In this document: piece after piece, positions 24,895 to 37,472 of the stretch | Numbering within the stretch: position 1 is the stretch's first letter | Layout: the number at the start of each line of letters is the position of its first letter | Assembly: GCA_028534125.1 (NCBI GenBank) | Contig: CM052832.1 | Location: 24,554,001-24,618,000 of the forward strand | DNA from: Lama glama | Lineage: Eukaryota | DNA: 64,000 bases | Direction: 5' to 3' | Notes under the pieces: generated by a model | Told to the model about the DNA's origin: nothing | Seen by the model: the letters and a program-made list of their open reading frames with translations, nothing else | Database searches by the model: none | Translations under genes and position numbers: made by a program

Positions 24895-25017
24895 CCCTCT
24901 CCCTTTCCTAGACTGTAAGCTCTTTGGGGACAAGGATAATATGCTATTAATAATCTTTAGCATAGAGACGGGTATGAAAGGCAGGTGCACCATAAATGTT
25001 TGATGAATGGTTGGATG
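24895..25017 (+). mobile_element. L2 3' end
   Basis: ctagactgtaagctctttggggacaagga...cataaatgtttgatgaatgg. Confidence 0.7.
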
Positions 25018-25507
25018 TTCTGAAGTTGGGTGGGGGGGAGTGGTGGTTGTCAGTGTAGAAAAGATTAAGGAATCAGGAGTTCTTGTATAAGATGTCCATC
25101 CTTGTGGTCACTGAGGAATTCTACAGTCAGGGTGACACCAAATAGGAATGCCAGTCAGCCAGGTCCACAGAGCATCTGTAAAGGCTGAAGGTGACTTAAA
25201 AACTGGTACCTTGAAGCAATAAATACAAGCACTTGGCCATGTTATCTGGGCCTGGCCGTGTGATTGGAAGAGAAGGGAATTTTGATTGCGGATGGAGGTG
25301 TTGGTGGAGCCCACACAGAGTTGTGGGGGGTGAGCTGCCTTCTCCTGAAAGGGCCGCTGGATGAACGTTGTGGAAAAAAAAAGTTGAAGGGAGAGGAGAG
25401 CTGCTTTTTATTAGATCTGCTTCATCAGAGGGCAGAGTGGAAAGAGTTAGTGCTGGGTGAGCAGGGGAAGGACCGGAGGACAGGGAGGCGGTGGGGAGAC
25501 GCTCACA

Positions 25508-25685
25508 CAGTGCTTCTTCTCCAGGTGTGAGGTGTGTGGGAGTCACCTGACGCTCTTGTTGAAATGCACGTTCTGGTTCCCTTGGCCCGGCCAGGGTGGG
25601 GGCTTGAGGGTCTGAGTCTGTAGCAAGCTCTCCAGTGGTGCCGATGCTGACGTCGCTGGTCTGTGGACCACATGCAAGTAGCAAG
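25508..25685. mobile_element. MER5A1-like hAT-Charlie element
   Basis: cagtgcttct...tcacctg...cttgttgaaatgca...caagctctccag...gctggtctgtggaccaca...gtagcaag. Confidence 0.8.
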
Positions 25686-25797
25686 TATTTAGGTCATGGA
25701 AGAGAAGGGTGTCGAAGGGGTGCGGAAAGCCTGGGAACCAGTTAGAATGTCGATGGAAAATTCTGTTGCAGCTGATCATTTCTGCTTCCTGTCAGAG

Positions 25798-26037
25798 CAG
25801 GGAATCTCAACCACAGCACTCTTGACGTTTGGGGCCAGGTAGGTCTTTGCTGGAGGTGGGAGGTGGAGGGCTGAGTGGCTGCCTGTGCCTTATAGGATTT
25901 TAGCAGCATCCCTGGCCGCTACCCACTGAATGCTGGTAGCGCTCCCCCCAACCCCCGCATTTGTGACAACAGAAACATCTCCAGACATTACCAAATGCCC
26001 ATTGGGGGACAAAATTGCCCCTGGTTGAGATTCAGTG
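25798..26037 (-). mobile_element. MER20 hAT-Charlie element
   Basis: tttagcagcatccctggcc...ttgtgacaacagaaacatctccagacattaccaaatgccc...aaaattgcccctggttgaga. Confidence 0.9.
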
Positions 26038-27042
26038 GGTTGGAGGAAGAATTAGAGGCCCCCTCAATACACATCCACCCCCACCCCCTGTCTTCTGGAA
26101 CCATGAGGCAGAATGACTGAATTCTAATCTACTTAAAAGGCAACGCACTTTTCACTATTTCAGTCTTCACAAATACTGAGAAAGTGTTTGCTGTTAATTT
26201 GACAGCCTGATCACTTTCAAGTGTCCTCAGCCCAGCCCAGCCCAGCCCAGTGCCTCAGCCCCATTTACTTACGGTTTGAGTAGAACAGTAGGGAAATTTC
26301 TTTCCAAGAAAATGTTGGCTCAGTCACCTAACATGGTTTTAAGTCATCACCACACACCCACCAAAATTGTGAGATAAAATGGAAACTCCATAATCTCTTC
26401 TCAGGGTCCCAGCATTAGTAATTCACTCCTGGCCTCTAAGAATTTCTCTGGATCCATCCACCGCCACAATGAACTTTCCTTCCACCACCTCTAAAGTGCT
26501 TTCCAGCCACAAGGTCAGTCAATGGACAAGTCTCAAAAATCCCGACAAGGGGACAGATGCGTTTGCCATTTTCCCATTGTGAGAGTTACTTCCGCTCGAC
26601 GTGTTGAGAAGACATCTCAAGGTTTTAACCCTGGCTTGGGCTGGGGACGGAGGCCCTTTAATGAACTAACACTTCTTTTGTGGGCGGTGACCACGTGGAG
26701 AAGGGCCTGAGGGCCCGTCTGGTACAATCAGTCCAACTTTCTCTTAAAGCCAAAGAAAACTTAGATCCAAACGGGATTTAGTCTCAAGCTAAAACAAAAA
26801 TGTACATCATGTTGAAAAGGCTTCTCCAAGTGCTACAGTTAATAAGCGATGTTGTGTTTTTACTGGAAAAGCGTGTATCAGGCCAAGCATTCCTCACATT
26901 TTTCCCAGGATTTAGTCATAAAATCATTTGAGACATATTGCAAGGATAAAATGTGTACATATCTGATAAAGGGCAGTGCTTTTTTTTTTCTTTTCTGCTG
27001 TATAGCTCCCTGTGGATGGAGAAAAACAAACTATGGGGGAAA

Positions 27043-27188
27043 ACACATGTATGTGTGTATATGTGAACACGTGTGTGCGTAAATGTGTGTATATGTACGT
27101 GTGTATATAGTTTGTTTTCCACCCCAATGGCATACGTACATGTGTGTAAAATAAACTGTATAAAACAAACACACACATGCATATATAT
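27043..27188. repeat. Low-complexity alternating purine/pyrimidine (TG/TA/CA) tract
   Basis: Directly visible. Confidence 0.7.
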
Positions 27189-27579
27189 CCATTGAATACA
27201 AGAAGCTGGCTTTTTAATTCACTATTATAATTTGATTTAAATTGGATACCACAGACCTTTCTCCTGAATTTGAATAAGTTAGATCCAAAGTATAGAACAC
27301 TTCCTAATCATGCTCACACGGCTGCAGGATCTTTAGGAATTCCAGTTGAAGTGTGTTTGGACCTGATTTATCTGTGGCACTGCAGAGTGGACATAGATTC
27401 TGCGTATGGTCAGGAGGGGAGCAGGGCTGTGGGGGTGGTGGTCGTCATCCATCCATGTAGATGCAGGTGCGTCATCATTGGCTGCATTACTAACTAAAGG
27501 AAGGAGAAAAGTGAACCCATATGTTGATCGTTTGAAAAAAAATTCACACTTTCAAAACAGATTGACATAAAAGCAATAA

Positions 27580-27795
27580 TCTGTGGCCGAGACTAAAGAA
27601 CACTGGGCTTGGGTTTCTGGGTTTGAGTCGTGGCTGTGCAACTTACTAGATTGTGACCTTTGGCAGGCCACCTAACCTCACCCTTCTCATCTGTTAAATG
27701 GGGATAATGAAACTCAACATAGTAGTGGTTATGAGGACTCAATGAGCTAGTCGATCAAATTATGTGAATGTGGTGAAGGATTATACAAATGTCAA
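27580..27795 (+). mobile_element. MIR SINE
   Basis: ctgggtttgagtc...acttactagattgtgacctt...ttctcatctgttaaatggggataat...gttatgaggactcaatgag. Confidence 0.8.
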
Positions 27796-28064
27796 GTCGC
27801 CTTTTTTCCCTTGCAGATATCATTCTTATGTGAGTTCTTGCTGATGCACACACAATTACGTTTCTGAGTCAGACTAATTTTGGTCACAGATAATGGAAAT
27901 AGTAAGTCAGTGACAGATTAACTGGAAACTCTGGGCCAGTAATGATTTGGTGGTAGGAGGTTTGGTGGTACATGCCTGTGCCTGTCGTGATGGAAAGTCC
28001 ACTGGTCCTAGTCTTCTCCTTCAGAAGTCTTTCTAGCCCCCTTAAGAAAAAGCTGGAATGGAGG

Positions 28065-28415
28065 CCATAGGGCACCATGAAAAGTTTAGCTACTGGCTTG
28101 GGGATGACAGGGGTTCTGATCTGTAACATTTGCTGATTTCTGTGATGTAAACATGACATCATCCAGTGTGAGGTTGGGAAGGGATGCGTAGTAACTCACC
28201 ATTACGTAGTGTTTCCACTACTCAAGTAGGTGGAATTAACCTCAGCCATACAGAGAATAGTAAAATACAGTCAAATAATTAGGGAGTGATGAGTTTTGAA
28301 TATAATTTATTTAGTTGTGAGTTTATGTAATTTAATTTTTAACAATGGTTGTGTCTGACACTCAGCTCACAAATGTAGCGATTGCCTGGGACAAGCTGGC
28401 TAGGACATGCTGCTG
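28065..28415. mobile_element. MER63(B)-like hAT-Blackjack element
   Basis: ctgatctgtaacatttgctgatttctgtgatgtaaa...gggaagggatgcgtag...aaataattagggagtgatgagttttga...taatttaatttttaacaatgg. Confidence 0.75.
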
Positions 28416-29718
28416 TTTCTCTTTGGCTACATTAAAGCAAAGGCTTGTACCATGAATCAGCAAGTTTGGGACCATCTTGGAAAACCAGCATGGAAAAAAT
28501 GCAGCCATAAATGGATTTTTATTTCTGTGGACTTTGGATGAGCCATCTGCTCTTGGTCCCACATTTTCTACTGTATTTCCCTTTGGCTAACAAAGTGAGT
28601 CTTGCCTGGTTTATGAGAATGGTTTATGGATCGAATTATCAGGGTTTGTATTCTAATTCATTTCAACTTTTTAATTATTTGAAAGATAGTGAAGACTTAG
28701 AGCCGAATTGTGTAGGATCTCTTGGTTGGTCATGAAGAGAATCTAGAAACTATTTCCAAGGAGAGAAGAGTGGTGTTTTTTTTTTCTTTTTCCTTCTTTT
28801 AGCTATCCTAAAAGGTCCAGGAGGCAATGGCGCTGGGGACACAAGGATGAAATTTTTAGCCCCCTCATAATGTACATGCTTGGGTAAGGGACCTTCAGAT
28901 GACCAGATGACTTGGCCTCCTTTCTCAATCATCCTTCAGATGGAGGCCTCGTGTCTGCCCAGCCACACTGTGACTGAGGAGAATTTGAGAAGCCCAGCTG
29001 GGAGCACAGAGGAGGGACATTTATGGACAGCCTTTATCATCAACACCATCAAAAACAGAAAAGCCAACGAAACCAGTATTTCAGATACTGATTATTAACT
29101 TACTCCTAGGTGTATTCCAGACATTGGGCTTATTTTGAAGAAATGTAGGAGAAGACTACAAAAAATTTATAAGCCTGTGCTATTCGTGTCAAGCATGGGT
29201 TTAATATGGGTGGCAGGGTGGGAGTTACAGGAGAAGAGACGATGGTTCCATATTAGAATCCCACAGTGAAGATATATGATATGAAAATGTATTATACTTT
29301 ATGCATATTTTAAAGTTCAGTCCCGTATGAAATACTGCATTTTGTTTTCTTGGGCAGGACATTAAAACATGAATGCCGTAAGCCCACAATTTTCAAACAC
29401 ACCAGCCACCTCATGAATTTGGTAAACATATTTGCAGGCAGATAATGTGGTGGTGGAGTCATGCGTTTTAAAATAAAACAACTCACCCTAATTCTCCTAT
29501 CTTAAGAATTTGTAAGTCATATGCTGTTTTGGGGTTGGGGAAATATGTGAGCTTTTAGTAGTTCTGAAAAAACAAGTCTTCATCAAGCAAATATGTCAGT
29601 GTGTTATTATTTTGCCTATGAATTCACTCAGATAAACTGTTTTAAGATGTTGAAGATTCTTGAAAGAAAATGGTTCTTATTTCTTTTTGGTGTGTTTACA
29701 TTAAGAGGACTTCTATGG

Positions 29719-29900
29719 GAATGGCTCTCAAATTTCTAGTGGGTCAGCATCCCCTAGAGGGCTTGTTCAAACTCAGATTGCAGGACCGCACTGCCGAGTT
29801 TCTCATTCAGTAGGTCTGAAGTGGAATCTGAGAGCTGGTGTTTCTAACAGTCGTGATCATGATCCTCCTGACCCTGAGGACCACACTTTGAGAACCACCT
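29719..29900. mobile_element. MER5A hAT-Charlie element
   Basis: gagggcttgttcaaactcagattgc...ttctcattcagtaggtctg...ggaccacactttgagaaccac. Confidence 0.85.
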
Positions 29901-32900
29901 ACTAGTGATTTTAGAGAGGAAAGAATGGGCTGGGGAAAGGTCTAGCAAGTCGGTAAGCATAAAATGGCCATTAATAGCTCGTCAGGCGTTCAGAATTCTA
30001 AGGGGGAGGGGAGGGAGTTAGGCCATTTTAGAAACAATTAATTTGTAACTGGCAGTTACCCAGTTTACAGTTGCCACTCAGCTCAATTCTAAGGACTTTT
30101 AGTCTAGCCCATTTCTTCATCCTTGGGTATCAGCGGGGGAGACCGAATTCTGTCTTTGTTCTTAGCGACGCTCCCCACGTGTCGTGTGTCCACCGGAAGC
30201 ATTGGAATGTTCCCCCAGGATAGCCATCTGAAAAGAAGGCTGAGAGGTTATTGGTGATTGCTAGCTAGGATCATTTCTACTGCCAACCAGGCAGACCTAG
30301 CTTTCCAGCATGTTCTTGGTCACCCCTGGAAAGAGTTGCGTGGTTCCTTTGGGGTATCAGAGAGTTTTTGCCCTTGAGCTCTGCTTCTCTGCCTCCCTGC
30401 TCCTCCCTCTAAAATCATCTCACAGGTCTGATCCTAGTAACTGGCTGCTGCGTTTTCACTCTGAGAATCAATCCCTGGACTGCTGGGCAGAGGAGGCCAC
30501 CAGAGGCCAGGTGGAAGCATCTGGCTGTGATGAAGGATGCTGACTTCTCCTCTCTGCGCTCCTGGGCCTGGAGGGCAGAGAAGGAAGGAATCTGAAAGGG
30601 ATGAGAGGCCTGGAGGCTGCAGTAAAGCCCCTGTGGTCATCCACTGCCATGCACACCCGCCTCCTGACATACCTGTAGGCCAAGGTCTGGTCCACAGGGC
30701 ACGTTGCTTTCTCCAGAGGCTTCCAGTGCCTTCCAGAGCCCGCGTGCTTCCTGAAAACTCTTGCCAGGCAAGTTGTTAGACTCCAGAGTTCCAGTTAGAA
30801 AACTTACATTTAAACAGATATCCTCTGCAGGATGGAACAAATCACAAATTCATGAGTCATGGTTATATTTACGTTTCTTCTGTCACAGAGAAACCTGTTA
30901 TTTTTAGACAGTGGATCCCAAACCTAGCTGATGAGAATCCTTTGGGAAATTAAAAAAGATTTTTCTTCCTTTGTACCAACGCAGAAAATTCAAGTTCCAT
31001 GGGTGATTGTGGCTGTCAGAGCCTCCGGTTGTCCTGCAAGGTGTGGTGGTGGTTCCGAAGGGCGGGCTGGTGTGAGAACTTCTGACTCAACAGCGCTCGG
31101 TTTTGAAGGTTATGGTGATGCCGCTGCTGCATTATAGGAAATTCAAAGAAAAGCTTCTTTCTTTTAGAAAGACCAGAATCCGTAACTATAATAGTTTTGA
31201 ACGGAGTAGTATTCTCTTGTTTTCAAAAGACCTTCATAACGGGAGCTCTGTGTTCCTTACGATGCTTCCGGGAAGCAGAGGACAGGACGCGGGTTACTGG
31301 TACCTTTGTGTCTGAGATGCAGGTATGGAGCGGAGCCAGACGAGTCGGGAGGCTTCCTGCTCCCCGTCTCATGTGCTTTCCAGGATCCCAGCTTTGTTGC
31401 TTGCTTTGACGGTTACTTGTTTTTGCTACCATGAGTCTGTCGTCTTCCTTCTCATGGACAGTTGGCTGCTGTTCCCACAGATGATCAGGGCATAGGTAGA
31501 GGTGGAGAAGTCAAACGGAACACAGAGCCGGAAGCTCAGGTACACCCCAAGGGTCCGACAGCCCCGGTTCTAAAGCGGGGACCAGGGCTGGAGTCCATCT
31601 ACCGCATGACCGGGAGCTATGGATATAGTCCAGAATCAAGCATCAAAAGAGCGACCGGGCCACAAGAGGACGTCATTTGCATGCACACCAAACACAGAAA
31701 TGTACAAGACAAACGCATGCGTGCGTGCACACAGAGGTCCGGCGAGGTCCAAGATCTGGGCCACAGAGGGTAATGGAGATTGGTCGAGAAGGAGACAAGG
31801 GCAACAGATACTGAAGACACGGTAATGAGAACCTCAGAGTTCAGAGATAAGGATTTCCATTGCCAGCACTTGGCAAGTAAAACGAGAGTTTGGGGTTATG
31901 GGTCAAGGATCTCATAGTTAGAATACCAGCACAGTGGTGGCTCTGAGTCTGCTGGCTGGGACCTACTGCAAATTTAAAGTCCAGGAAGCTCAGGTTAACC
32001 AGACGTTACACATACTTTGTTACATCACCTCATAACCAGCCTCGCTCTGCTCAGCTGTAAAATCTGGAGTTGACAAATTAATAGACTGTATACAATCCTC
32101 GCAAGGAGGAAACCTACCTTTGGCAAATGAACAGCAGGAGCGTGGCTTAATGCAGTGAGTCGGGAGAGGGTTGGCAGAAGGTGAGTGTGTACAGGACTCT
32201 TTAGCACCGATCCTGGGTCGGTGACACAGTTGCGAGTGGCACCTCCTTACATGGGGAGCAGATTGAGCAGTTAGTTACAGCACAGCGAACACACCGCCAA
32301 CCCGCGAGCCCCGTGGGCTGGTCCCACTCATCTGGAATAGAGCGATGCGATGCCCACGGTGGTTGGGGGCCCCTGAGTGCTTAGTTTATGCTTCCCATTG
32401 GCCCTCTTCTCTTGCTGCTCTTTGCTTTTCACCAGGAGAATGAACAGGAGGCGTGTCACAGGCTAGCATCTTATCTGCTGTATGGCTCTTCTAGTGAGAG
32501 GGTTACCAGTCAGCCCAGAAACCAAGACTGCTGCCTCCTCTTCATTCATTCAGTAGTTTCACAGCCTCGAGAAGACAAGAAAATTAAGGGCTCTCAAGAC
32601 AACAGAAGGAAGTCAGATGAAATTGGGAGGCAGGTCTGTAGTCAGTGAGGCACTCAGTGCCTGCCATTTAGAGTTGCTTCTGGAAATGCATGTCTAAGTG
32701 GAAATTTTCTGTATGTTTGCCACCAAGGGATGCTAATGTCTTTCTAATATGGGCTTGCCGGGCTCAGGAAAAGAGAAGGATGATGAATGGTAATTACACA
32801 AATGAAGGTAGCATTGGGCAATGAAACACGAAGTGGAATAGAAAGTCTCTTGTCTGTTTTTTAAAGACGATGATCATAACATATTTCTTACAATCTTATA

Positions 32901-33694
32901 TCCAGAGTTTAGGGACATATACACTGTATATTATCTTCATAACAAGTCAGTGAAGTAGCTGTGGTGCTGTGGAGTACAGGGAATCTTGGGCTAGAAAAGT
33001 TGAGAAACCCAGAAACAGAGGTGGGGGAATGCTGCACCAAGGTACATCCTTCTAGCTGGACTTCGGTGAAATCTCATGGCCTCCTGGTGTCGCATCTTTT
33101 CCTAATCCCATTGGGTCTCACCAGCTTCCTGGTATGGTCCATCACATGCCCATGAAAATCACTTGTGGAATTCCCAGTGGGAACAACAGCAGACTTCCTT
33201 TAAAAGATATATACTAGACCTGACCTAATGCATCTCATGTGAATTGGCAGGATTTCTCTGCACCGGAGTTCAGAAGTACAACCTCCCTGTGGTCTTGGGT
33301 TTTGGGAGAGTCCATGCATCTTACAGAAGTAGCTATTGCCTAGTGCTACTCAAAAGAAAAACCTTTGGATCCTTCATTGTTTCCAGCAATTTTATGTGTT
33401 GTTTCTACGTGAAGACTTGCTCTCAGGCGAGTTCTATATTTTGGTAGCTGAGACCTTGGCAAGAAGTGAGTCAAATGCACACAGTGAGTAGTGCACCACT
33501 GCTGCAGGGGGCTTCTTCCCAGGGCTGCACCTGACAGCATCGCCCGGGGACCGGCAGCCACCTTCACCTTGGCTGCAGGCTCTTTGGTTAGGAGACTCCA
33601 TCCATGGTCAGGGCTCTGCCCCAGCTCCTAGGCATCTCCATGCTCCCTTGTGCAGACCAGGCTTGAGGTTTTTGCCTAATCTTAAAACCAGGAT

Positions 33695-33925
33695 TGTTGT
33701 TTAATGGTCAAGTTTATGGACTTGGGGTTAGAGGAACCTGGGTTCACACCTTGGGCTCCCCTACTTGTTAAGTTGCGTTTTTCTCTCTGAATGAGTTTAC
33801 TTATCTGGGAATTACTAAAAATAGTATCTACCAAATTTGTTGTTGCAAAGATTCAGTTACGTATGAGACGTCCACCAGCTGGCATATAGAGATTGCTCAA
33901 GAGGGGCAGCTCCCAGTATTACTAT
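33695..33925 (+). mobile_element. MIR SINE
   Basis: aatggtcaag...acctgggttcac...agtttacttatctgg...aatagtatctac...ggcatatagagattgctcaa. Confidence 0.7.
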
Positions 33926-34574
33926 TGTACATAGCCTCAGATATGAGACCCTGACAGAGGATGTTAGATATTTCATACAGAGAAAAGCATTGAATAAGGG
34001 CCCTAGGACAGTGACATCTATTCTAGAGAATGTTTAAACTGCCAGTGTCCCATAAGGAAGCAGACAGGACAGTCCTCAGCGGCAAGCACTGTCTCGCTCT
34101 TTACAGCAGAATTAGCACCCTGGTCTGTCCCTGCCCACTCCATTCCGGTCATGTCCCCAAGTTTCTGTAACAATCCAGAATGCTCCTGTTCCTTTTTCTG
34201 GTGTCCCTGGGAGGGTAGCACCCTCCTGGTTGAGAGTCGCAGGCGAGCAGTCTGAGCTTGGCACCACCTCCACCCCATGGCCGGTGGAGAGGGCGTAGTT
34301 CTGAGCTTACGAGGAAGGACGTTCTGGTCCCTTTACCTTGTCTGTTTCATTCAGTGCCCAGGTGTACCTTGTGCTTCCGGAGGGGCCGTGCCTAAGCTTC
34401 CCAGGAGCCTGCAGAGAACAGGGGCAGTGTACTGCGGGAGGAGGGACCTTCCTTCTGCCTCATCTGGATGCACAGACTCTGAGCAGGATTCTTGGTTAGT
34501 TTAAGTGCTGGTCTGTGACCATTGATCTTCCTAATCAATCTGAAATTCAGGAATTGCCTTGATCTCTTGTTCCA

Positions 34575-34720
34575 GATGCATTTATTTAACAAACTAATAT
34601 TTCTTATGCATCTATTATATGTCAGGTGCTGTTAGACACATCATATTTGTAATGACTAAGACATGACCTTTGTCTTTAGATAATAAGGAAACAGATCTCT
34701 AAGAAAGTGACATAAGAGGA
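34575..34720 (-). mobile_element. L2 3' fragment
   Basis: catttatttaacaaa...tctattatatgtcaggtgctgttag...gactaagacatgacc. Confidence 0.6.
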
Positions 34721-35964
34721 TGGTGTTCTGTCCCTATTTAGAGGCATTCAGCCTGTCAGCCTAAGGAGTTATGCTAATTGCTCTATAGGAACCTCTTTTA
34801 GTGCTGACATGCATTTCTTTCTTTTATTTTGTCTCCCGTTGTACTCCTTACAAAAGCCATTTCTCCTTTGCCAGGGAGCTGTTATCCAGGTGGCCTGATG
34901 CAGGTCAGGAAAGCTCAGGGGGCCCTTGCATTTGCTCTCCTGACTTTCTAGAAGAACACAGCATCTCTGCCCATGTGTTGTTTTATCATCGATTTATCCT
35001 TATTTTATGTAAAAGTTCCAAGTTGAGGGCTCAGTTGGATCTGAAAGGGAATGTTTAAGTTCTCAGCGTAACTATTCTAACTCTGTGGTGCCTTTGCAAA
35101 TATGTTAATATGTTCTCAGCCACCTCCAGTCCCGAACTCCCATTTTTCATGGTTAACGGGCTGTCAGCACTCCCCAGCAGTCTACAAAGCAGCAGCAGAA
35201 GCAACGCAAAGAACTTGCTGCAGATTCCCCTATAAGCAAGCTGACGTGGTGTCATCCCTGGGAGGGGAGAATGGCAAGGAGGAGTGATGGATGGGAACTT
35301 TGAGGAGCAACCTCCGCTTAATTACTTCTGCATCAGCTCCTGCATCGTGGCTTCTTTGCCAGGAAAAGAACCTAACAATCCAATAATGCAGACTGCTGTA
35401 GAGCCTGCGATGTGTCATCATGTGTGGGGATGACTGTTCTCTTAGAACGAGCATCTGTCTCTCCCTAGAAATTTATCTTGTGGAAGATGAATAACCTTCT
35501 ATGTGAAGGAGGGGACAGGGACCCTCGCCAAGACGAAGATAGGAATCATGGTGGGTAATGGTCAGATGAATGAGCTAGAATCCTGTATCAGAAGGGAAAA
35601 CGTGTTTGAGATGAGCAGCTAGCTTATCAGAGAAATGTTTGTGCTGATTCTCCGAATAAGTTACAAGCTATTTCTCTTCTTTCACGAAGGCAAAGCAGTC
35701 ATTCAGAAAATGCTGATGGGTTGTCGGATGGAAAAAATTATTGTGGTATGTCTGTTCAGTTCTCCAAATCAGCTGATGTACATTGACTGCCCACTGTGTG
35801 GGGGTGTTGGAGCCTTCGTTGCAAGTTAAAAAGATTTTTTAACTTGATCCTAGAGCCAACATGGGAAATGAAAGCACTGGGTTACAAAGAAGGTGTTACA
35901 TTATTTCTCCTGTATCCCTTGTGTGAATAACACCAGCCCAGCGAGGAGCCCCCACCCTTCCTCG

Positions 35965-36643
35965 TGGGCCCACATCCAACCACGGAGTAACCATGGTGTG
36001 CATTCTGCCTGCACAGCCTCTCTCCTCTCTGCCTCCTCTTCGCCATCCGCACGGCCCCTGCGCCAGCTCGGACCTTGTGATACCGCGATGGCACTGGAGC
36101 AAGCTCCTCCCAACTGTTCTCTCTGCCTGTACAACTCGGTCCCTTCCCACCATCCTCCATCTTGTGACCAGAGTGACCTTTCTAATATGAAAATGACCCT
36201 GCTTAACCCTTTGGAGACTTTCCATTGCCTTCAGGAGATGTCTTGGGTAGGGAGGGGCCCTGCTTGCTTCCTTCCTTCCTCCCCTCCTGACACTCTATAC
36301 TTGTACTTCCCCCAGTGTAACCTATTCCCCCATGTGACTCCACGTGCCTTTGCACACGCTCCTTCCTCTGTCTAGAGCTATTCTCCTTGGTTTCATATAT
36401 GATAATTCTTGTGTATTCTTCAAGCTCAACATTGCTGCCTCCTCCAGGAAGTCCACCCTGACTTCTCCCTTATGGTCTTACTGAGCTATGCTGTGCTTCC
36501 TGCCAGTGAAATCATCATGTGGGATTTCACTGTCTTCTTGAGAGTAGGTACTATGAACTCGAGAACTGTCTTTTAGATCTTCTATTTCATGTGTCTGGAA
36601 CAGAGTAGGCAGTCAGTAAGCAGTTATTCCATGAATGAATGAA
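35965..36643 (+). mobile_element. L2 3' portion (about 680 bp)
   Basis: ccagagtgacctttctaa...gcctttgcacacgctccttcctctgtctaga...cctcctccaggaagtc...gtaggcagtcagtaa...atgaatgaatgaa. Confidence 0.8.
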
Positions 36644-37384
36644 GTCTTGAGGCTGAATAGAAGTGGGAATGGCTCTGAAGAGATGTCACACACTCATGTT
36701 CCCAGCCATCTGTGCCCTTTGTTCTGTCTCGTGTCTCACAGTCACCCCATTCCGAGGAAGGTCACACTCTGTTTCTGGAGAACCTTCTGGGGACTTACCC
36801 CACGTTCAGTTCTCTTGTCACGACTCTCTTTATATGGGATCTGTATCCCAAACAATCAATGGAAGAGTTTTTGTGAAGGTTTTAACTGTCCTGAATACAT
36901 GGAGAAAAGTCAGAAAAGGCAGGTGTATCTGAAGAAGCAAAGATACAACTTTCTGGTAGTGAAAGAGGTGGAATCACCTTGCCGTTCAAAAAGTGGCATT
37001 AGAGTCTTGCTGTGTGAGGTGCATGAGTCCCTTGAATTACCTGGAAGTATAAAATAGAACTTAAGACGTACAAAAGGACTGGAGCCCACGTACTCCATGT
37101 AAGCTTGGCGTGACCAATTGAAAATTGCTGGTATGAACTGGCATTGGCTAATTTTCTGTTCGCAGATTAGCAAAGTTGCCCCGGGTTTTCTCTTTAAATG
37201 GAGACTTCCTTTATTGACCCAAGTTCATGATAGTAGAGTGAGGTCTCCTGTCGTTGGCCTTGCATTCGTAACCTTTTTGAAGACAGGTTAATGTTTTCTT
37301 TCTATGCTAGCGTGCTGGCCATTACCGCAATGGCCGAAAGAGTGTCCCAAGTCAAGCTAATTTCCTGGTGTATCAGCCCATCAT

Positions 37385-37472
37385 CCACGTGAGGCAGGAG
37401 CGATGCCTCTTAGCCATCTTTGTCTCCATGTTACTAGCTGAGTGCCCGGCACTTAGATGTTGAATGAATAAA
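37385..37472 (+). mobile_element. L2 3' end
   Basis: tccacgtgaggcaggag...catctttgtctcc...agtgcccggcac...gttgaatgaataaa. Confidence 0.6.

Noticed and set aside
27311..27510. Minus-strand acceptor (ttttctccttcctttag) with a roughly 50-codon open frame
   Set aside because: Peptide (SNAANDDAPASTWMDDDHHPH...) unrecognised, donor weak, and no partner exons
35893..36375. 160-aa ORF with several overlapping ORFs
   Set aside because: Lies mostly inside a decayed L2, with low-complexity Ser/Pro composition
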